Shown one piece after another: positions 1-12,000 of a DNA stretch of 46,631 bases. This DNA comes from Chiloscyllium plagiosum (Eukaryota), in assembly GCF_004010195.1 (NCBI RefSeq), contig NC_057719.1, positions 31,948,920-31,995,550 of the forward strand, in the 5' to 3' direction. The position numbers and the translations under genes were made by a program. The notes under the pieces were generated by a model. It was given only the letters and a program-made list of their open reading frames with translations. It was not told the DNA's origin and searched no databases. Position 1 is the first letter of the stretch. Each line of letters begins with the position of its first letter.

Positions 1-265
1 TCCTAACCTGCAATCTTCTTCCTGACCTCTCCGCCCCCACCCCCACCCCCACCCCCACTCCGGCCTATCGCCCTCACCTTAACCTCCTTCCACCTATCGC
101 AATTCCAACGCCCCTCCCCCAAGTCCCTCCTCCCTACCTTTTATCTTACCCTGCTGGATACACTTTCCTCATTCCTGAAGAAGGGCTCATGCCCAAAACG
201 TCGATTCTCCTGCTCCTTGGATGCTGCCTGACCTGCTGCGCTTTTCCAGCAACACATTTTCAGCT
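1..265 (+). mobile_element. Penelope-like element 3' end / pseudo-LTR (family A), cut by window edge
   Basis: Near-identical to 5410-5662, which directly follows a GIY-YIG coding remnant. Carries hammerhead-like CTGAAGA-AGGGC-TCAT-GCCC-AAAA-CGTC at 175-202 (G12 mutated to A). Confidence 0.85.
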
Positions 266-447
266 TAGAAGTGAGAAAGAAAAATCAGTTGGTCGTTCTA
301 TGGCAAAGGGAGGCAGAGACAATGAAAAGTTCTTTCAGAAAGTCCAGAAGGTCAGACAGTGCAGTTTTCTTTCAGATAGACATAGATCACTCAGAAAGGT
401 AAGGCAGATAACATTAGCTGTGCAGTTTGGTAGTTTCCAATACAGGC

Positions 448-552
448 GAAAGTGGGTACTGCAGATGCTGGAGATTATAGTCAGGATTAGAGTAGTGCTG
501 GAAAAGCACAGCAGGTCAGGCAGCATCCGAGGAGCAGGAAAATTGATGTTTC
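448..552 (-). mobile_element. Penelope-like pseudo-LTR 3' fragment (family A-related)
   Basis: Reverse complement matches the ...gatgctgcctgacctgctgtgcttttccagcac...ctccagcatctgcagt..cactttc terminus of the other family A copies. Confidence 0.8.
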
Positions 553-1834
553 AAGAATATTTCTATGAAGTAAGTGAGTTGTGTTAACAGTTTGTTAAAG
601 GGACTCATGAAGAGGCATTAACTAGAGGAGGTAGTGATAAAGTAAATGCAAAATTCCTACAATTTGTTTTTGGTTAGTTACAAGCGATGACTGTTTTTGG
701 CAGCTAAAAATAGACATGAGCAACTCACCATAAAAATAATTGCAATGTTGGAAGAGAGCAAAGGTGGTATGCTCATATTTAAGAGTCAATCTTTCTTTGC
801 CTTTCCATTAGCCTTCCTTCTTGTCTAACAGCCTCTAAATGACCACCTGACATTGCAGACATGCAGAAATGGCAGTAGTGTGCAGAGTGAGGTGATGGAA
901 ATCTCAGTTTCCATTTTGACACCTCAACTTCACTAAGAAATTTAAAATCCAGCTCTTAATTTTGTTGCTGCATTTTTGGGATTCTTGATGATTCAGCCTA
1001 AAAGACTTTGGGTAAAATCATAGCAAGATTTCGCTGACATGTAAAAGTCAACTGATAGGAGATTTTATTAACTCTCAATTCAACATTCAAAAGAGTTATT
1101 TTAGCAGTTGGCGACAATGTAAACTGGGCAATAACATATTGTCCATTATTTAATCTATCTCTCTTTTTTATTCTCTCTTGTAATTTAAACTTCCATTAAT
1201 GTCAGATTCATGTGAAGTACTTGCCAAGAAACCCATTCCTTGGACAGCAGTCTCTGTCATGATTCACAGCTTGAATGTTTGATCACTAACATGAAGAGCT
1301 AAGGGAGGTGAACAAGTCAAGTTTCTTCGCTTCCTGCGCAGATTACATCAGGACTGACTGAAGAAATTTGAAGTGAAAACAATTCCATAGGAGGAGGTCT
1401 CCCTTCCTAAGATTGGAACTGAGTTTGTTTATTAATCGCTTCTACATAAATGTAAAACTGTCCTGGATTAGGAGCTTTGAACAAATGATTTGTTACTTTG
1501 ATGTGATGAGGAGCAAGAGATTAGACTGAATTTCATCAAAAAAAATCATACAGTATGTGCAAAGTAAACCAACTTGTTTGTATAAAGTTGGTTTTGTCAA
1601 GCAAGAGTGCTCAGCAGCTAAATTGGTAATGTAGGAGAAAGGTTCACCAAACATATGGATCATAGCATTCAGTGTATTCAACAACACTTTCACTGAATAC
1701 ATCTTCACAACCCCAGTCTTCTTGTGTTTAACTAGATATTGGGGTGTTAAAATCTCTATAACATATCTGAATCTGAATAGAGGAGTGCAATTCTTTGATT
1801 TGCAACCATTGTAGTAATTTGAAAATAATGAATC

Positions 1835-2466
1835 TGTTAAAGACCAGGCCTGACCTCTCAAAACATTTTTCAGCAGGTAGCCCAGACCGTAACTCTGCTA
1901 TTTGTTTCAGGTGTGTGTATAGTTGATATTTGCAGAGTGAATTATCTGGTCAGACTGCCGAGTTTTAAACAAACACAATTTATTTACAAAATTATGAAAT
2001 GAAGCGTAACAAACCGAAAATAGAATACCTGAATGGCTTATCCTATCTGAACCTGACAGGCTATCCCGACTTAATGATGCTGTTCCAAAATACTTGCAAT
2101 AGTCCCAAATAAACAAATCCCTTAGCACAAAGAGTAAAAATGACGCAAAAAGCTTACAGGTTCTGAAGTCAGAAGGGCAGAAATAGGGAGAGTATCAGGC
2201 TGGATTGCTCCGGCATCCTTTCTTCACACACACTGCTGCTGAACTGAATCAAAACACTCAGCTGCTAGGACTGGCCACTCCCCTTTCATTATACAAGTTA
2301 CTTTAGAACATGAAAGTCTTCTGCCTGAGGCAGCATCTGTTAGCTGTAAACAAGTGGGCCTTAAAATCTATCCAAACTCAGACTTTTCAGAGTCTGGGCC
2401 GTTTACAACCTCTCTGAAAAAAAAAACAAGGACAATCTAACCTTGTCAAAGAACAGGTTTGTCACA
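1835..2466 (-). mobile_element. Putative solo LTR (Gypsy/ERV-type)
   Basis: TG...CA ends with imperfect inverted termini (tgttaaagacc vs rc tgtgacaaacc). Minus strand has TATA-like gtataatgaaaggggagtggcc (~2273-2294) and AATAAA (1979-1984). TSD is not clean (aatc/attt). Confidence 0.45.
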
Positions 2467-3834
2467 ATTTCTTTTAATCATGGATGAGCATGATCCTTAA
2501 TATCTTTAGTAGCATGCAGCAGATCAGGAGCTGAGCAGAATAGGGCTCAGTTTGAATCCCTTCTGTGAATTTTACTTTGTGCAAGGTATTAATGGTAAAT
2601 ACAAAATAGCAACATTTGAATAATATTTACCATTGGCAGCTTCACCCCATTTTCAAAGTAAGTAAACATAATCATTTTTAGAATGTTTTGCCATCTTGGA
2701 GATGCTATGGTTAGGATCAATATTAATTGTGAATTTACAGCTGGTTGTCATATGAATACAACATCTGTTTGAGGGCAAAGCTCTAAGCTCAGGTACATTC
2801 TGATATATCCAGGAAGAAATGCCTACGACAAATGCTAAAGGACTTATGATTTGGCAGAAAGTGCACATCAGTGAGTTGAGAGATGCCCACAGCGCCATCT
2901 GTTTTTAACTAGTCAGGCCAAAAGGATTTGAACCATATTACTCTGGAGTATAAAATGGCCTTCTGTGCATGTGGTATGTCTGTCCTGCTTATAAATTTGA
3001 CAACAAATTAATTCTGTTTCAAAAATTTGAAACACTGAAAAATGGGTGGTTTGGGGTCAGGTGAGATTTTCAAATGCTTGGAATTGACCCTCATGCACCC
3101 ACTTCCGTAAAACAAAATGGGATAAGTAGTAGGCAGTGGATATTCATATACTTCACCTCACGCCTCACATGTTTGTTGCAGAAATCCTCAAAACCCATTT
3201 TCTATGAGATGCATTGGTCATTCAAACATCATACCAAGGCTGCCCGCCTCATTATTAATCTGTCTTACAAATTCAATACTGTCCCAACAGTTTTCTCAGC
3301 TCTCAGAAAGCCAAGGAGTCCAAGGAAGGTGTGAACAAGGTCATGGAAAAGTTAAATACATTTATAGTACAGCTTGTGGGTGAAGAGGGACAGTGGTATT
3401 TTCTACCAGCTCCTCAAATTTACATTGCCCCTCTCTTCAGATTCTCTTCCATCAAAACAGCCTCCCCAAACCAAAGATCTTGCTGCAATCAGACATCAAT
3501 CTTCTGTAGAATTAGATACCTCTACTCCCACCCCTGCTGGTATTAGTGATTATAATCTCACTCTGTTGCAATTCATAATTCTTCCACTAATATAGCAGCA
3601 GATTCCTGACTTGCTCCTATTCTTGTGGTCTCCTTTGAAGTGTTCCCTTCCTGACAGAAAACCAAACATGTCATGAAGGCTGAGTTCTCCTTTTGGATCC
3701 AGTAGAAAAAAAATCCCACTGTTGAATCCACAGCAGACAGGGCAACCTGATCTAGAGATTTTCCTCCTGAAGCTCTTCTTTACTGAATCTGAAACTGAAC
3801 TTTGTCAATACTAAAACCTTTATTACTAAAGTCA

Positions 3835-4113
3835 CATTATTATAGCACCTTTCATGTCTTCTGGGCATTCTGGAATAGTTTACAGATAATTAATTACTTT
3901 TTGAAGAATAGTCACTGTTATAAATAGGAAACATGGCAGCAAATTTGTACAAATATCTACAATAGTTTAATGTCTCATCCAAAAGATGGCACCTGCAATA
4001 GTGTAATGCACCATCAGTCTTCCACTGAAGTTTCAGCATAGATCTTTGTCCACAAATCCTGAAGAGCAACTTGAATCCACAACTTCTGCTGTAAAGCTGA
4101 AAGTGGCACTGAG
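3835..4113 (-). mobile_element. Degenerate Deu-domain SINE (SacSINE1/AmnSINE1-like)
   Basis: tttaatgtctcatccaaaagatggcacct...cttgaatccacaacttctg resembles the Deu-SINE core and tRNA-like head in reverse. L2-type tail near 3835-3860. Confidence 0.6.
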
Positions 4114-4379
4114 AGAAAAGTCCCCAATTTATGCTGCAGATATCAGCAGAGGTAATATATTACTTATGATCAACTTAACAAAATATCAGCATTCAGGGAG
4201 CGTACAGTGGAATGTTATACAGTGGCATTTAGTGTTGAACTGTAAATATTAAGAACCTTATAGGTTTCAAAATACTATTTTACTTTTGAAATAAATACTG
4301 GTTAGAAAATTCCAATAATTATCTGCTTCATCTTTCATGATAAAGTGGGAATTTGTTTATATTAACTCACTTGGAAAAA

Positions 4380-4653
4380 GTGGCACAGTGGTTAGCACTG
4401 CTTCCTCACAGCACCAGAGATCTGGGTTCAATTCCAGCCTTGGGCGACTGTCTGTGTGGAGGGTGTTCCAGTTTCCTCCCACAGTCCAAAAGATAAGTGC
4501 AGGTTAGGTGAATTGGCCATGCTAAATTGCCTGTAGTGTTAGGTGAAGGGGTAAATGTAGGGGAATGGGTTTGGGTGGGTTGCGCTTCGGCGGATCGGTG
4601 TGGACTTGTTGGGCTGAAGGGTCTGTTGCCACACTGTAAGTAATCTAATCTAA
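4380..4653 (+). mobile_element. HE1-type tRNA-derived SINE (internal deletion)
   Basis: A box tggcacagtgg, B box ggttcaattcc, V-domain-like core tgtgtggag..tttcctcccacagtccaaa, and CR1-like tail ending (taatc)n. Confidence 0.92.
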
Positions 4654-4688
4654 AATATATCTAAGTATTGCTGAACAACTGATACATT

Positions 4689-4724
4689 TTGTCAAAGCTT
4701 TTCATCTTGTACTCTTCAGGACAA
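4689..4724 (-). ncRNA. Minimal type I hammerhead ribozyme motif in a decayed repeat (family E)
   Basis: Minus strand reads TTGTC-CTGAAGA-GTACAAGAT-GAA-AAGCTT-T-GACAA: 5-bp stem I, intact core, 2-bp stem II, palindromic AAGCTT stem III, UUU cleavage triplet. Confidence 0.65.
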
Positions 4725-5193
4725 TTCACAAGAATACCAGTGTGAGTATTAACCAACATTTTGCTGTAGGAGAGAAAAGTGCTGATTGTGTGGTAAGCAT
4801 GCTCTGATTGGTAAAAGCATTGCCATAGAAATTGCACCAGTTAATGATGAGTGACTGTTAACATCCAGCACTGAAATGTTGTGGGATGATGGCTGTTGTG
4901 AATGGATAATTTCTCATGGCGTATCACACAAACTCATGAACACGTACAAGCTGTTACTTTTGGTTGTGGACAGTGTGCAGTCTATCTTCGAAGGATAAGG
5001 TATTTCAAATGTTTGAGCAACAGATGAAGCTAGCCACCATAAGTTGTTACTATGCAATAGCGACATGAGCGATATTCACTCCAAAAAAGATCCTAAAGTC
5101 AAGTGGAAAAATATATTCTGTCTATCGCATAATAAATAATGTGACATATGAATTTCAATATTGGTAAGGTGCCAGGTACATAGGCTGAATATC

Positions 5194-5698
5194 CCAAAAC
5201 TTCAACTCCCCCTCCCACTCCACCAAGGATATGCAGGTCTTTGGACTCCTCCATCGCGAGACCACAACAAGACGAGGGTTGGAGGAAGAGCGCCTCATCT
5301 TCCCCCTAGGAACCCTCCAACCACAAGGGATGAACTCGGATTTCACCAGTTTCCTCATTTCCCCTCCCCCCACCTTGTCTCAGTCAAATCCATCGAACTC
5401 AGCACCGCCTTCCTAACCTGCAATCTTCTTCCCGACCTCTCCGCCCCCACCCCCGTCTGACCTATCACCCTCACCTTGACCTCTTTCCACCTATCACATT
5501 TCCGACGCCCCTCCCCCAAGTCCCTCCTCCCTACCTTTTATCTTAGCCTGCTGGACAAACTTTCCTCATTCCTGAAGAAGGGCTTATGCTCGAAACGTCG
5601 ATTCTCTTGTTCCCTGGATGCTGCCTGACCTGCTGCACTGTTCCAGCGGCACATTTTTGGCTCTGATCTCCAGCATCTGCAGACCTCACTTTCTCCTG
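5194..5698 (+). mobile_element. 5'-truncated Penelope-like element: GIY-YIG endonuclease C-terminus plus pseudo-LTR (family A)
   Basis: Encodes NFNSPSHSTKDMQVFGLLH...LEEERLIFPLGTLQPQGMN (PLE GIY-YIG C-terminal motif). Flanked by tgaatatc direct repeats at 5186-5193 and 5699-5706. Confidence 0.88.
5570..5601 (+). ncRNA. Minimal hammerhead ribozyme motif (family A, core intact)
   Basis: tc-CTGAAGA-AGGGC-TTAT-GCTC-GAAA-CGTC-ga; ACGT palindrome replaces stem III; stem I is very short. Confidence 0.6.
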
Positions 5699-5861
5699 TG
5701 AATATCTGTCCTTGACTCCAAGGCAAGATTTGATTGTGTAAGGTATAAAAGAGTCCGAGTAACACTGGTGTCAATGTGAATTAGAGCAAAGCTCCCTGCT
5801 GCCTGACGCATAGGAAGATGATTGTAATTATTGCATGGATGAGTTCAATTCCTACAATAGT

Positions 5862-6285
5862 CCAGAAGCTTAACTGCATCTAGGATAAAGAAGTCCACTC
5901 AATTGACAATATATCCACAAGCATTCACTCTCTCCACCACACAATTAGAGGGGCAGCAGTAGAAGATGCACTCCAGAAATTCACCAAGGCTCCTTAGACA
6001 GCACCTTCCAAGCTCAAGACCATTTTCATCTGGAAAGACACAGGCAGCAGATACACAGGAATACCACCACTGATATATTCTTCTCCAAGCTGCTCGCCAT
6101 CCTGACTTGGAAATATATAGGCATTCCTTCAGTGATACTGGACCAAAGTCCTAGAGCTACTTCCCTAACACACCAAATGGACTACAGCAGTTCAAGAAGG
6201 TGGCCCCTGCCACATCCAAAGGGCATAGGAAATAAATACTTTTCTAGCCAGTGAAGCCCATATCCCTGAGTGAATGAGTAAAAAT
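5862..6285 (+). mobile_element. Degenerate 3' end of a CR1/L2-group LINE (family not resolved)
   Basis: Homologous to 40400-40962. Remnant KL..IQDKA..LI...IHSLHH coding; tail aataaa..gccagtga.gcccatatccc..gtgaatga. Confidence 0.7.
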
Positions 6286-6808
6286 CTGTCATGGGCATTA
6301 CCAGCAGTGACAGACCTGGACGATGCATTGCTATTGTGGCGTAGGAGCTCAATGCTATGACATTGGCATCATTGCCTTTAATGAGACACTGTGGGAAGGA
6401 GAAAACAGTACAAGGTGGTTTATACCTTCTCCTGACGATTCTTCTGATTCCTGAAGAAGGGCTTATGCCCGAAATGTCGATTCTCCTGTTCCTTGGATGC
6501 TGCCTGACCTGCTGCGCTTTTCCAGCAACACATTTTCAGCTCTATACCTTCTTCAGAAAGGGTAATTCTGAGGAAGGATTTGACTTCATGGGGTGGGCTT
6601 GTCCATAAGAAACAAAGGTAGTTGACTGTCTCAGCAAGGACCCCTGTGGGATAAATGAATGGCTCTTGACCCTATGCGTTACCTTACACCAGAAACAGTA
6701 TATCATAGTATTCAATGCAAATCAATGGATGAGGCTAAAGAAGAATTCTACGCTAGACTTCATCAGTTGCTGTGCAGTATCCCAAGGGGAGGCAGGATGA
6801 TTCTTTTA
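6286..6808 (+). mobile_element. RTE-clade LINE fragment (APE endonuclease region), interrupted by a PLE fragment
   Basis: Frameshifted YDIGIIAFNET..YTFFRKG..LHGVG..VDCLSKDPCGINEWLLTL..DEAKEEFYARLHQLLCSIPRGGRMILL matches the RTE/BovB-type endonuclease pattern. Confidence 0.75.
6431..6542 (+). mobile_element. Short PLE pseudo-LTR insertion (family A) with hammerhead-like motif
   Basis: 10-bp TSD tataccttct at 6421-6430 and 6543-6552; CTGAAGA-AGGGC-TTAT-GCCC-GAAA-TGTC. Confidence 0.85.
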
Positions 6809-6824
6809 CAGTTGAGTAGAGGAA

Positions 6825-7350
6825 TGATGAGGCCACATTTACAGTACTGTGCACAGTTTTGGCCTTCTAATTTAAGAAGGAAGCAGTTGAAAGTAGGTTC
6901 ACTCGACTTAGATGGGGACAGGGTGAGGGAGGGAAATCTCATAGGAATGTTTGAACAGACAGGGCTTGTATCCATTAGAATTTAGAAGCATGAGAGCGTA
7001 TCTGACTGAAACAAATGAGACCAGCAGGGATTGACAGGTTGCATGTAGAAAGGATGTTTCCCTTTTTGAGAGAGATGAGACCAGGGTCACAATTTAAAAA
7101 TAAGTGATCTCCCATTTAAGATTAAGATAAGGCACAATTCTTTTCTATCAGAGAGTTGTGTATCATTGGAACTCTTCCCTCGAGAGCGGTGAAGGCAGAA
7201 TCATTGAATATTTTTAAAGCAGAGATAAATCGATTCTTGATTAACAAGAATGTGGACATGTGGGATTATGGCCATAATTCACACAACTATGATCTTTTCG
7301 AATGGTGGAGCAGATAGATGGGCCAAAGGCCTATTCTTGCTCCTAATTTG
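6825..7350 (+). mobile_element. Degenerate CR1 LINE 3' fragment
   Basis: RPHLQYCAQFWP motif, then CR1 ORF2 C-terminal/3'UTR-like sequence ending gggccaaaggcctattcttgctcct. Confidence 0.75.
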
Positions 7351-8711
7351 TCATTTAATATGCACATATGTAAGTACTCATTTTAATCTTGGTATCTGTA
7401 ATTTCTTTGTCATAACTTTATCTCTGTATCCCTTAGGAGCCTTCAGCAATAACTTGTAACAAATTACATTTTAAACTGGCCGGCTTTAACTGAATCATCA
7501 CAAACTAAAAGGAGCCATATTAATCCACAGTTCACTAACCACATAGTGAATATGCTGATGGCCATGACACCCACAATAAGGAAATATTTCTGAAGTTCTG
7601 ACATAAATTGAAAAGCCACCCCTTGAATTTAACTCTCTTCATACTAACTCTGATTTTGAGCTTCATATCTAACTGCTCGTATGTTTAGTGACAGGCACTA
7701 AAATTTAATAAGGCAATAGAGTATACCAGAGCTCCAATTCAAATAGAAAATGTTCAGATACACATTTTCATGGAACAGTCTTCTGCATGGTGGAGAACAT
7801 TGAATTGGAAGGTTATAATTATTGTTTAGAATGATATTGGTATAGGAAAAAATATTTCTCAGAAATTCCCCATTATAACTGGAGAAAATTATAAAGCATT
7901 CTGATTGTGCACTAAGTCTTATGTTACTGTCACTTAGATTAATGACTGGGAAATCTCAGTTTGTTATAAGAAAGTGTTTTCCTTATTTACAGGTTATTTA
8001 GATTGCTGACAAAGTGAATTGGATTGGGGATTTAGGCGATATAGGTGGCAATAAATGATGATCTTTGTTTTTGTGGTTTAAGTAGAAATTATTTTTTCCC
8101 TTCTTAGTACACTGTTAGGAATAGGTAGATTTACTAGCAGCACATTTTTGGAGTTCAGCTGCATTAAGTTAGATTATAACTAATGTATAAATACACAGCC
8201 AGTCTGTATTAAACTGCTATTATGATGCTGAATGATTATTACGGCTTTGTGACTGGCTGTTTAATAACCCCCATTAATGGCAGACATTATATATAATACT
8301 CAGTGCATCAGTTCAGAAGAAAAGTACATAAATTAGATAATTGACAGATAAGGCATATCATTAACAAGGTTCACCTTCCAGATGATTTTCACACTTGTGA
8401 AACTTTACCAAGGCTGTAAAATAGGAGAGGAGAATGCTCAGTTGTGAGGTGGGTAGGGGGTTCTTGGGGGAAATACTGGGATAAAAATGAATTTAAAGGA
8501 GATCAAAAGAAGGTGCACAAGATTGATACAAATTGGAAAGCAGGAAAGCACTCTACCCACAGATTGCATCAGAGGGAATACTCTTCTTTTAGTATTTTAG
8601 AGGTCTGAGGCCAATGTATAACAGTACAAGTTCCTGGCAGAATGTGGTGAAAGTACTAAATGCAGGACTGAAGGCATACATAAGATAACCCTAGCCTTAC
8701 TCAATATAATA

Positions 8712-9045
8712 GAGATCGGGGGAAAACTCTCTGCTGGTAGGTGTGGTACCTGGCAAAAAGGAAGTCAGTTGCTGGAAGTCAGTTATCTAATCCTCAGGAC
8801 ATCCCCACAGGATTTCCTCAGGGTAGGTCTTGGGCCCAGCCATTTTCAACTGCTTCATCAATGACTTTCCCTCCATCAGGTCGAAAAGTGAAGCTGTTCA
8901 CTAGTGATTGTGAAGTGTTCAGGACTTCTTGATTGATCCAGTCTGTATCCAACTGCAGCAAGACCTGGACAATATCCAGGTTAGGAAGAAAAGTGTCAAT
9001 TACGTTAATATCACACAAATGCCCGGCAATGACCATCTTCATCAA
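8712..9045 (+). mobile_element. Degenerate LINE reverse-transcriptase fragment (CR1/L2 group)
   Basis: Frameshifted GFPQG..LGPAIFNCFINDFPSI..KLFTSDC (RT motifs GVPQGSVLGP/FADD) and QQDLDNIQ. Homologous to 18330-18605. Confidence 0.7.
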
Positions 9046-10080
9046 TCTAACCAACGATTGGTCAGCTAGGGCAAACTGTGCATAAACTTCCAACATTTTC
9101 ATTGCGTACTCCTGCCAAGGAGTGGAGTCTACATCAAGCAGCATATAGTTGTCTCCCTTCCTACATACAGTCCAAGTGATAATGCTTTAGACCATTTTTA
9201 GAAAATAAACTAAATGGATTCTGAAAAATTAGCTTGCTAATGTTAAGTATGTTGACTTTGAATTCTGGCATTACAATAGAACTTTTCTGCTTGCATAAAT
9301 TAGTGTATCAAAGCTGCATTCTGACCTGCAGAAAGCACATTTTGCTGGAGTTTATGAGGGACATCTCCTGTATGTGAATTGTATGCCGAAGTATTGGTGC
9401 ACCAGATCAGTTACACTCTGCCTGTCCTTTTGCAGTAGGTCACTTTTTATGATCCTGAGGGCAATAAGAATTACTAAAGGCATTCTAAAGCCACAAGTAG
9501 AAGCTATTAGAATACATAGTGAGTCTACACTGAATGGAAAGTGGTGCAAAGACAATGTGGAGGAAAGAATGTCAATGAAAATAAGCTGTCAAGTTAAAAT
9601 TTCCAACTCTTAAAAACAAATAATGCAGTTAACAATATGATGCAACAACCAATCCAACTGCATTTAAAGCAAGTATTTCATTATATCTCAGAAAATCAAT
9701 GGAAATGTATCTTTAAAAACCTCAACTGTGAAGACCAAGGGTCACTGTGCCAGTTTTAGTTTTCTGCTTAGTATTGACTTTATATTTCAGGATCAACCAT
9801 TGGAAGTATGGGAAAAGGAATGTCCATCAGCATTTATACACAGTCTTAATGAAAGTCATTAACACCAGTAACACAAGCTTCTCGAGCAAATTGTAAATTG
9901 CCTACTTATTGTATGCATCCAAAACCTCCTCAGGGCAAGGACTCAGCTTTGAGTTTTGCACTCCTTCCCCAATATTTGATGCACATTGGCTGGTGAAAGA
10001 CAACATCAAACTAACTTTCACATCTCTCTTGATGCAACCACTTTTTGGAGCTTTCCCTTAATAGGATGCAGATAGCTAGC

Positions 10081-10131
10081 TATTATGTGACTATGATTTT
10101 TGGCTATTGTTATTGTCATAGTCACATAATA
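10081..10131. repeat. Perfect 16-bp inverted repeat with 19-nt spacer
   Basis: tattatgtgactatga (10081-10096) / tcatagtcacataata (10116-10131). Confidence 0.9.
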
Positions 10132-10162
10132 TAGATTTATAGGTTCACGGATTTTTGAAGAA

Positions 10163-10413
10163 TTAGATTAGATTAGTTAGATTACTTACAATGTGGAAAC
10201 AGGCCCTTCGGCCCAACAAGTCCACACCGCCCCGCCGAAGCACAACCCACCCATACCCCCTACATTTACCCTTTACCTAACACTATGGGCAATTTAGCAT
10301 GGCCAATTCACCTGACCTGCACATCTTTGGACTGTGGGAGGAACCCGGAGCACCCGGAGGAAACCCACGCAGATACGGGGAGAACATGCAAACTCCACAC
10401 AGTCAGTCGCCTG
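10163..10413 (-). mobile_element. HE1-type SINE lacking its tRNA-like head
   Basis: Reverse complement of the HE1 body and (taatc)n tail; ends at ...agtcgcctg. Confidence 0.93.
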
Positions 10414-10414
10414 T

Positions 10415-10731
10415 GGGCGGCACGGTGGCACAGTGGTTAGCACTGCTGCCTCACAGCGCCAGAGACCCGGGTTCAGTTCCCGCCTCAGGCGACTGACTGT
10501 GTGGAGTTTGCACGTTCTCCCCATGTCTGCGTGGGTTTCCTCCGGGTGCTCCGGTTTCCTCCCACAGTCCAAAGATGTGCAGGTCAGGTGAATTGGCCAT
10601 GCTAAATTGCCCGTAGTGTTAGGTAAGGGGTACATGTAGGGGTATGGGTGGGTTGCGCTTCAGCGGGTCGGTGTGGACTTGTTGGGTCGAAGGGCCTGTT
10701 TTCACACTGTAAGTAATCTAATCTAATCTAA
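10415..10731 (+). mobile_element. Full-length HE1-type SINE
   Basis: gggcggcacggtggcacagtggttagc head with A/B boxes, core, CR1-like tail, (taatc)n. Confidence 0.95.
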
Positions 10732-12000
10732 ATTAATCTACACTGCAATAGTAAAGAAACTGAAAAGAAGATTCTTTAAAACCTCTGATTATTTCATATT
10801 TTGAACAGATACCTTTTAGTCAAATTGACTAAAATAAGTAAAATAAATAAATAAAGCTGCAAAAATAAAATAAATTGCAGCTGAATAGTTTTTTTGTGCC
10901 AATATACATGGCTATGAAGCTGTTGCTGGTTGATACACTAAGATACACTAAGGTTCAAAATTATTGGCTGTAAGTACAAAACCAGTTCACAAAAGACTTG
11001 TAGATATATTGGCTTTACAATGGTATTCCAAGGAATAGATGTGGAAGAGTTCTATTCTATTCATACTGAAATGTGAGTGGATGAATCTTGAACCCTATTG
11101 TTTGTCAATGGTCAAGTCAACTGAGATGATCTGTGAGGAAAATGAAAAAAAAACAGATATTATGATCACATGGCAGAAACAAGGTTTCAGCTAAGAGACA
11201 CTTAATAAAGCACATTTATGTAGCAACAAGGCAGAGAAAAAGCTCCAGACCAGCACAGGAACAGGACTCTTTCTAAGGTCTATTAGAAGGCAGAGAATTT
11301 CACCTCTCTGTTTGAAGAACCATATCAAGTTTCCACATGGAGTTTGACAATAGTTTTACAAATGTGAAGCTAGAGATATCTTCTATCGTGGACAGTAAAA
11401 CACTGTGATTCCAACTTCATGAAATTCCAGACACAACTTCTTTAGTGTTTTCAAAAAGGAATTGGTAATGTTTCAAGACTTCAACTCAACAGAAGCAAGT
11501 ATGATAATGAATGTTTGGACTTTTTGAGTCAAAGTGTACGTTGCACCTTAAGTAATTTTCATCTTTTCTCATGTGTTCGTATATATTTATATGAGTGTGT
11601 GTGCATGGGGGCATGTGTGAGTACATTTTGGGTGTTGTCTAGTAAACATTGGACTGAAACTTTTATTTGATTAAGTCTGAGTTGTGGGGAGCTTTTTGAA
11701 GAGTGCTTTGACTTGAGGCCTGGCATGTTTTCGAACTGTACCTTACCAAACATGTCCCATTAATTACCTATCACTGCCCCTCAGCACTTCTCATGTTGGA
11801 TTTCTACCCCATCTCTCCCTATACCTCTGCCAGAACAACACACCACTCAGCGAGTGTCAGCTGAAACACTAGCATCCCTTGTGCCTGTGCCATCTTTAAA
11901 AGGGCACTGTGCATCTGGGCAAGTCCTGGCATTCTGAAGCTACCCTGTTCAGTCAAAGACAGAGTGTGAGCATGTTGGATAGGGATAGACAGCACTGTGA

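Noticed and set aside
189..587. 132-aa ORF and similar 'MPETSILLLLGCCLTCCAFPATHFQ' ORFs (6357, 17985, 18042, 41030)
   Set aside because: Incidental translations of the non-coding PLE pseudo-LTR; the recurrence reflects repeat copies, not a peptide family.
1566..1594. 10-bp hairpin aaaccaactt/aagttggttt
   Set aside because: Short and AT-rich; compatible with chance in a window this size.
10415..10485. tRNA-like sequences with A/B boxes
   Set aside because: They are SINE heads continuing into SINE bodies, not stand-alone tRNA genes.
10294..10635. ORFs over HE1 copies (also 25603-26085, 30842-31345, 37474-37805)
   Set aside because: Lie within non-coding SINE sequence.
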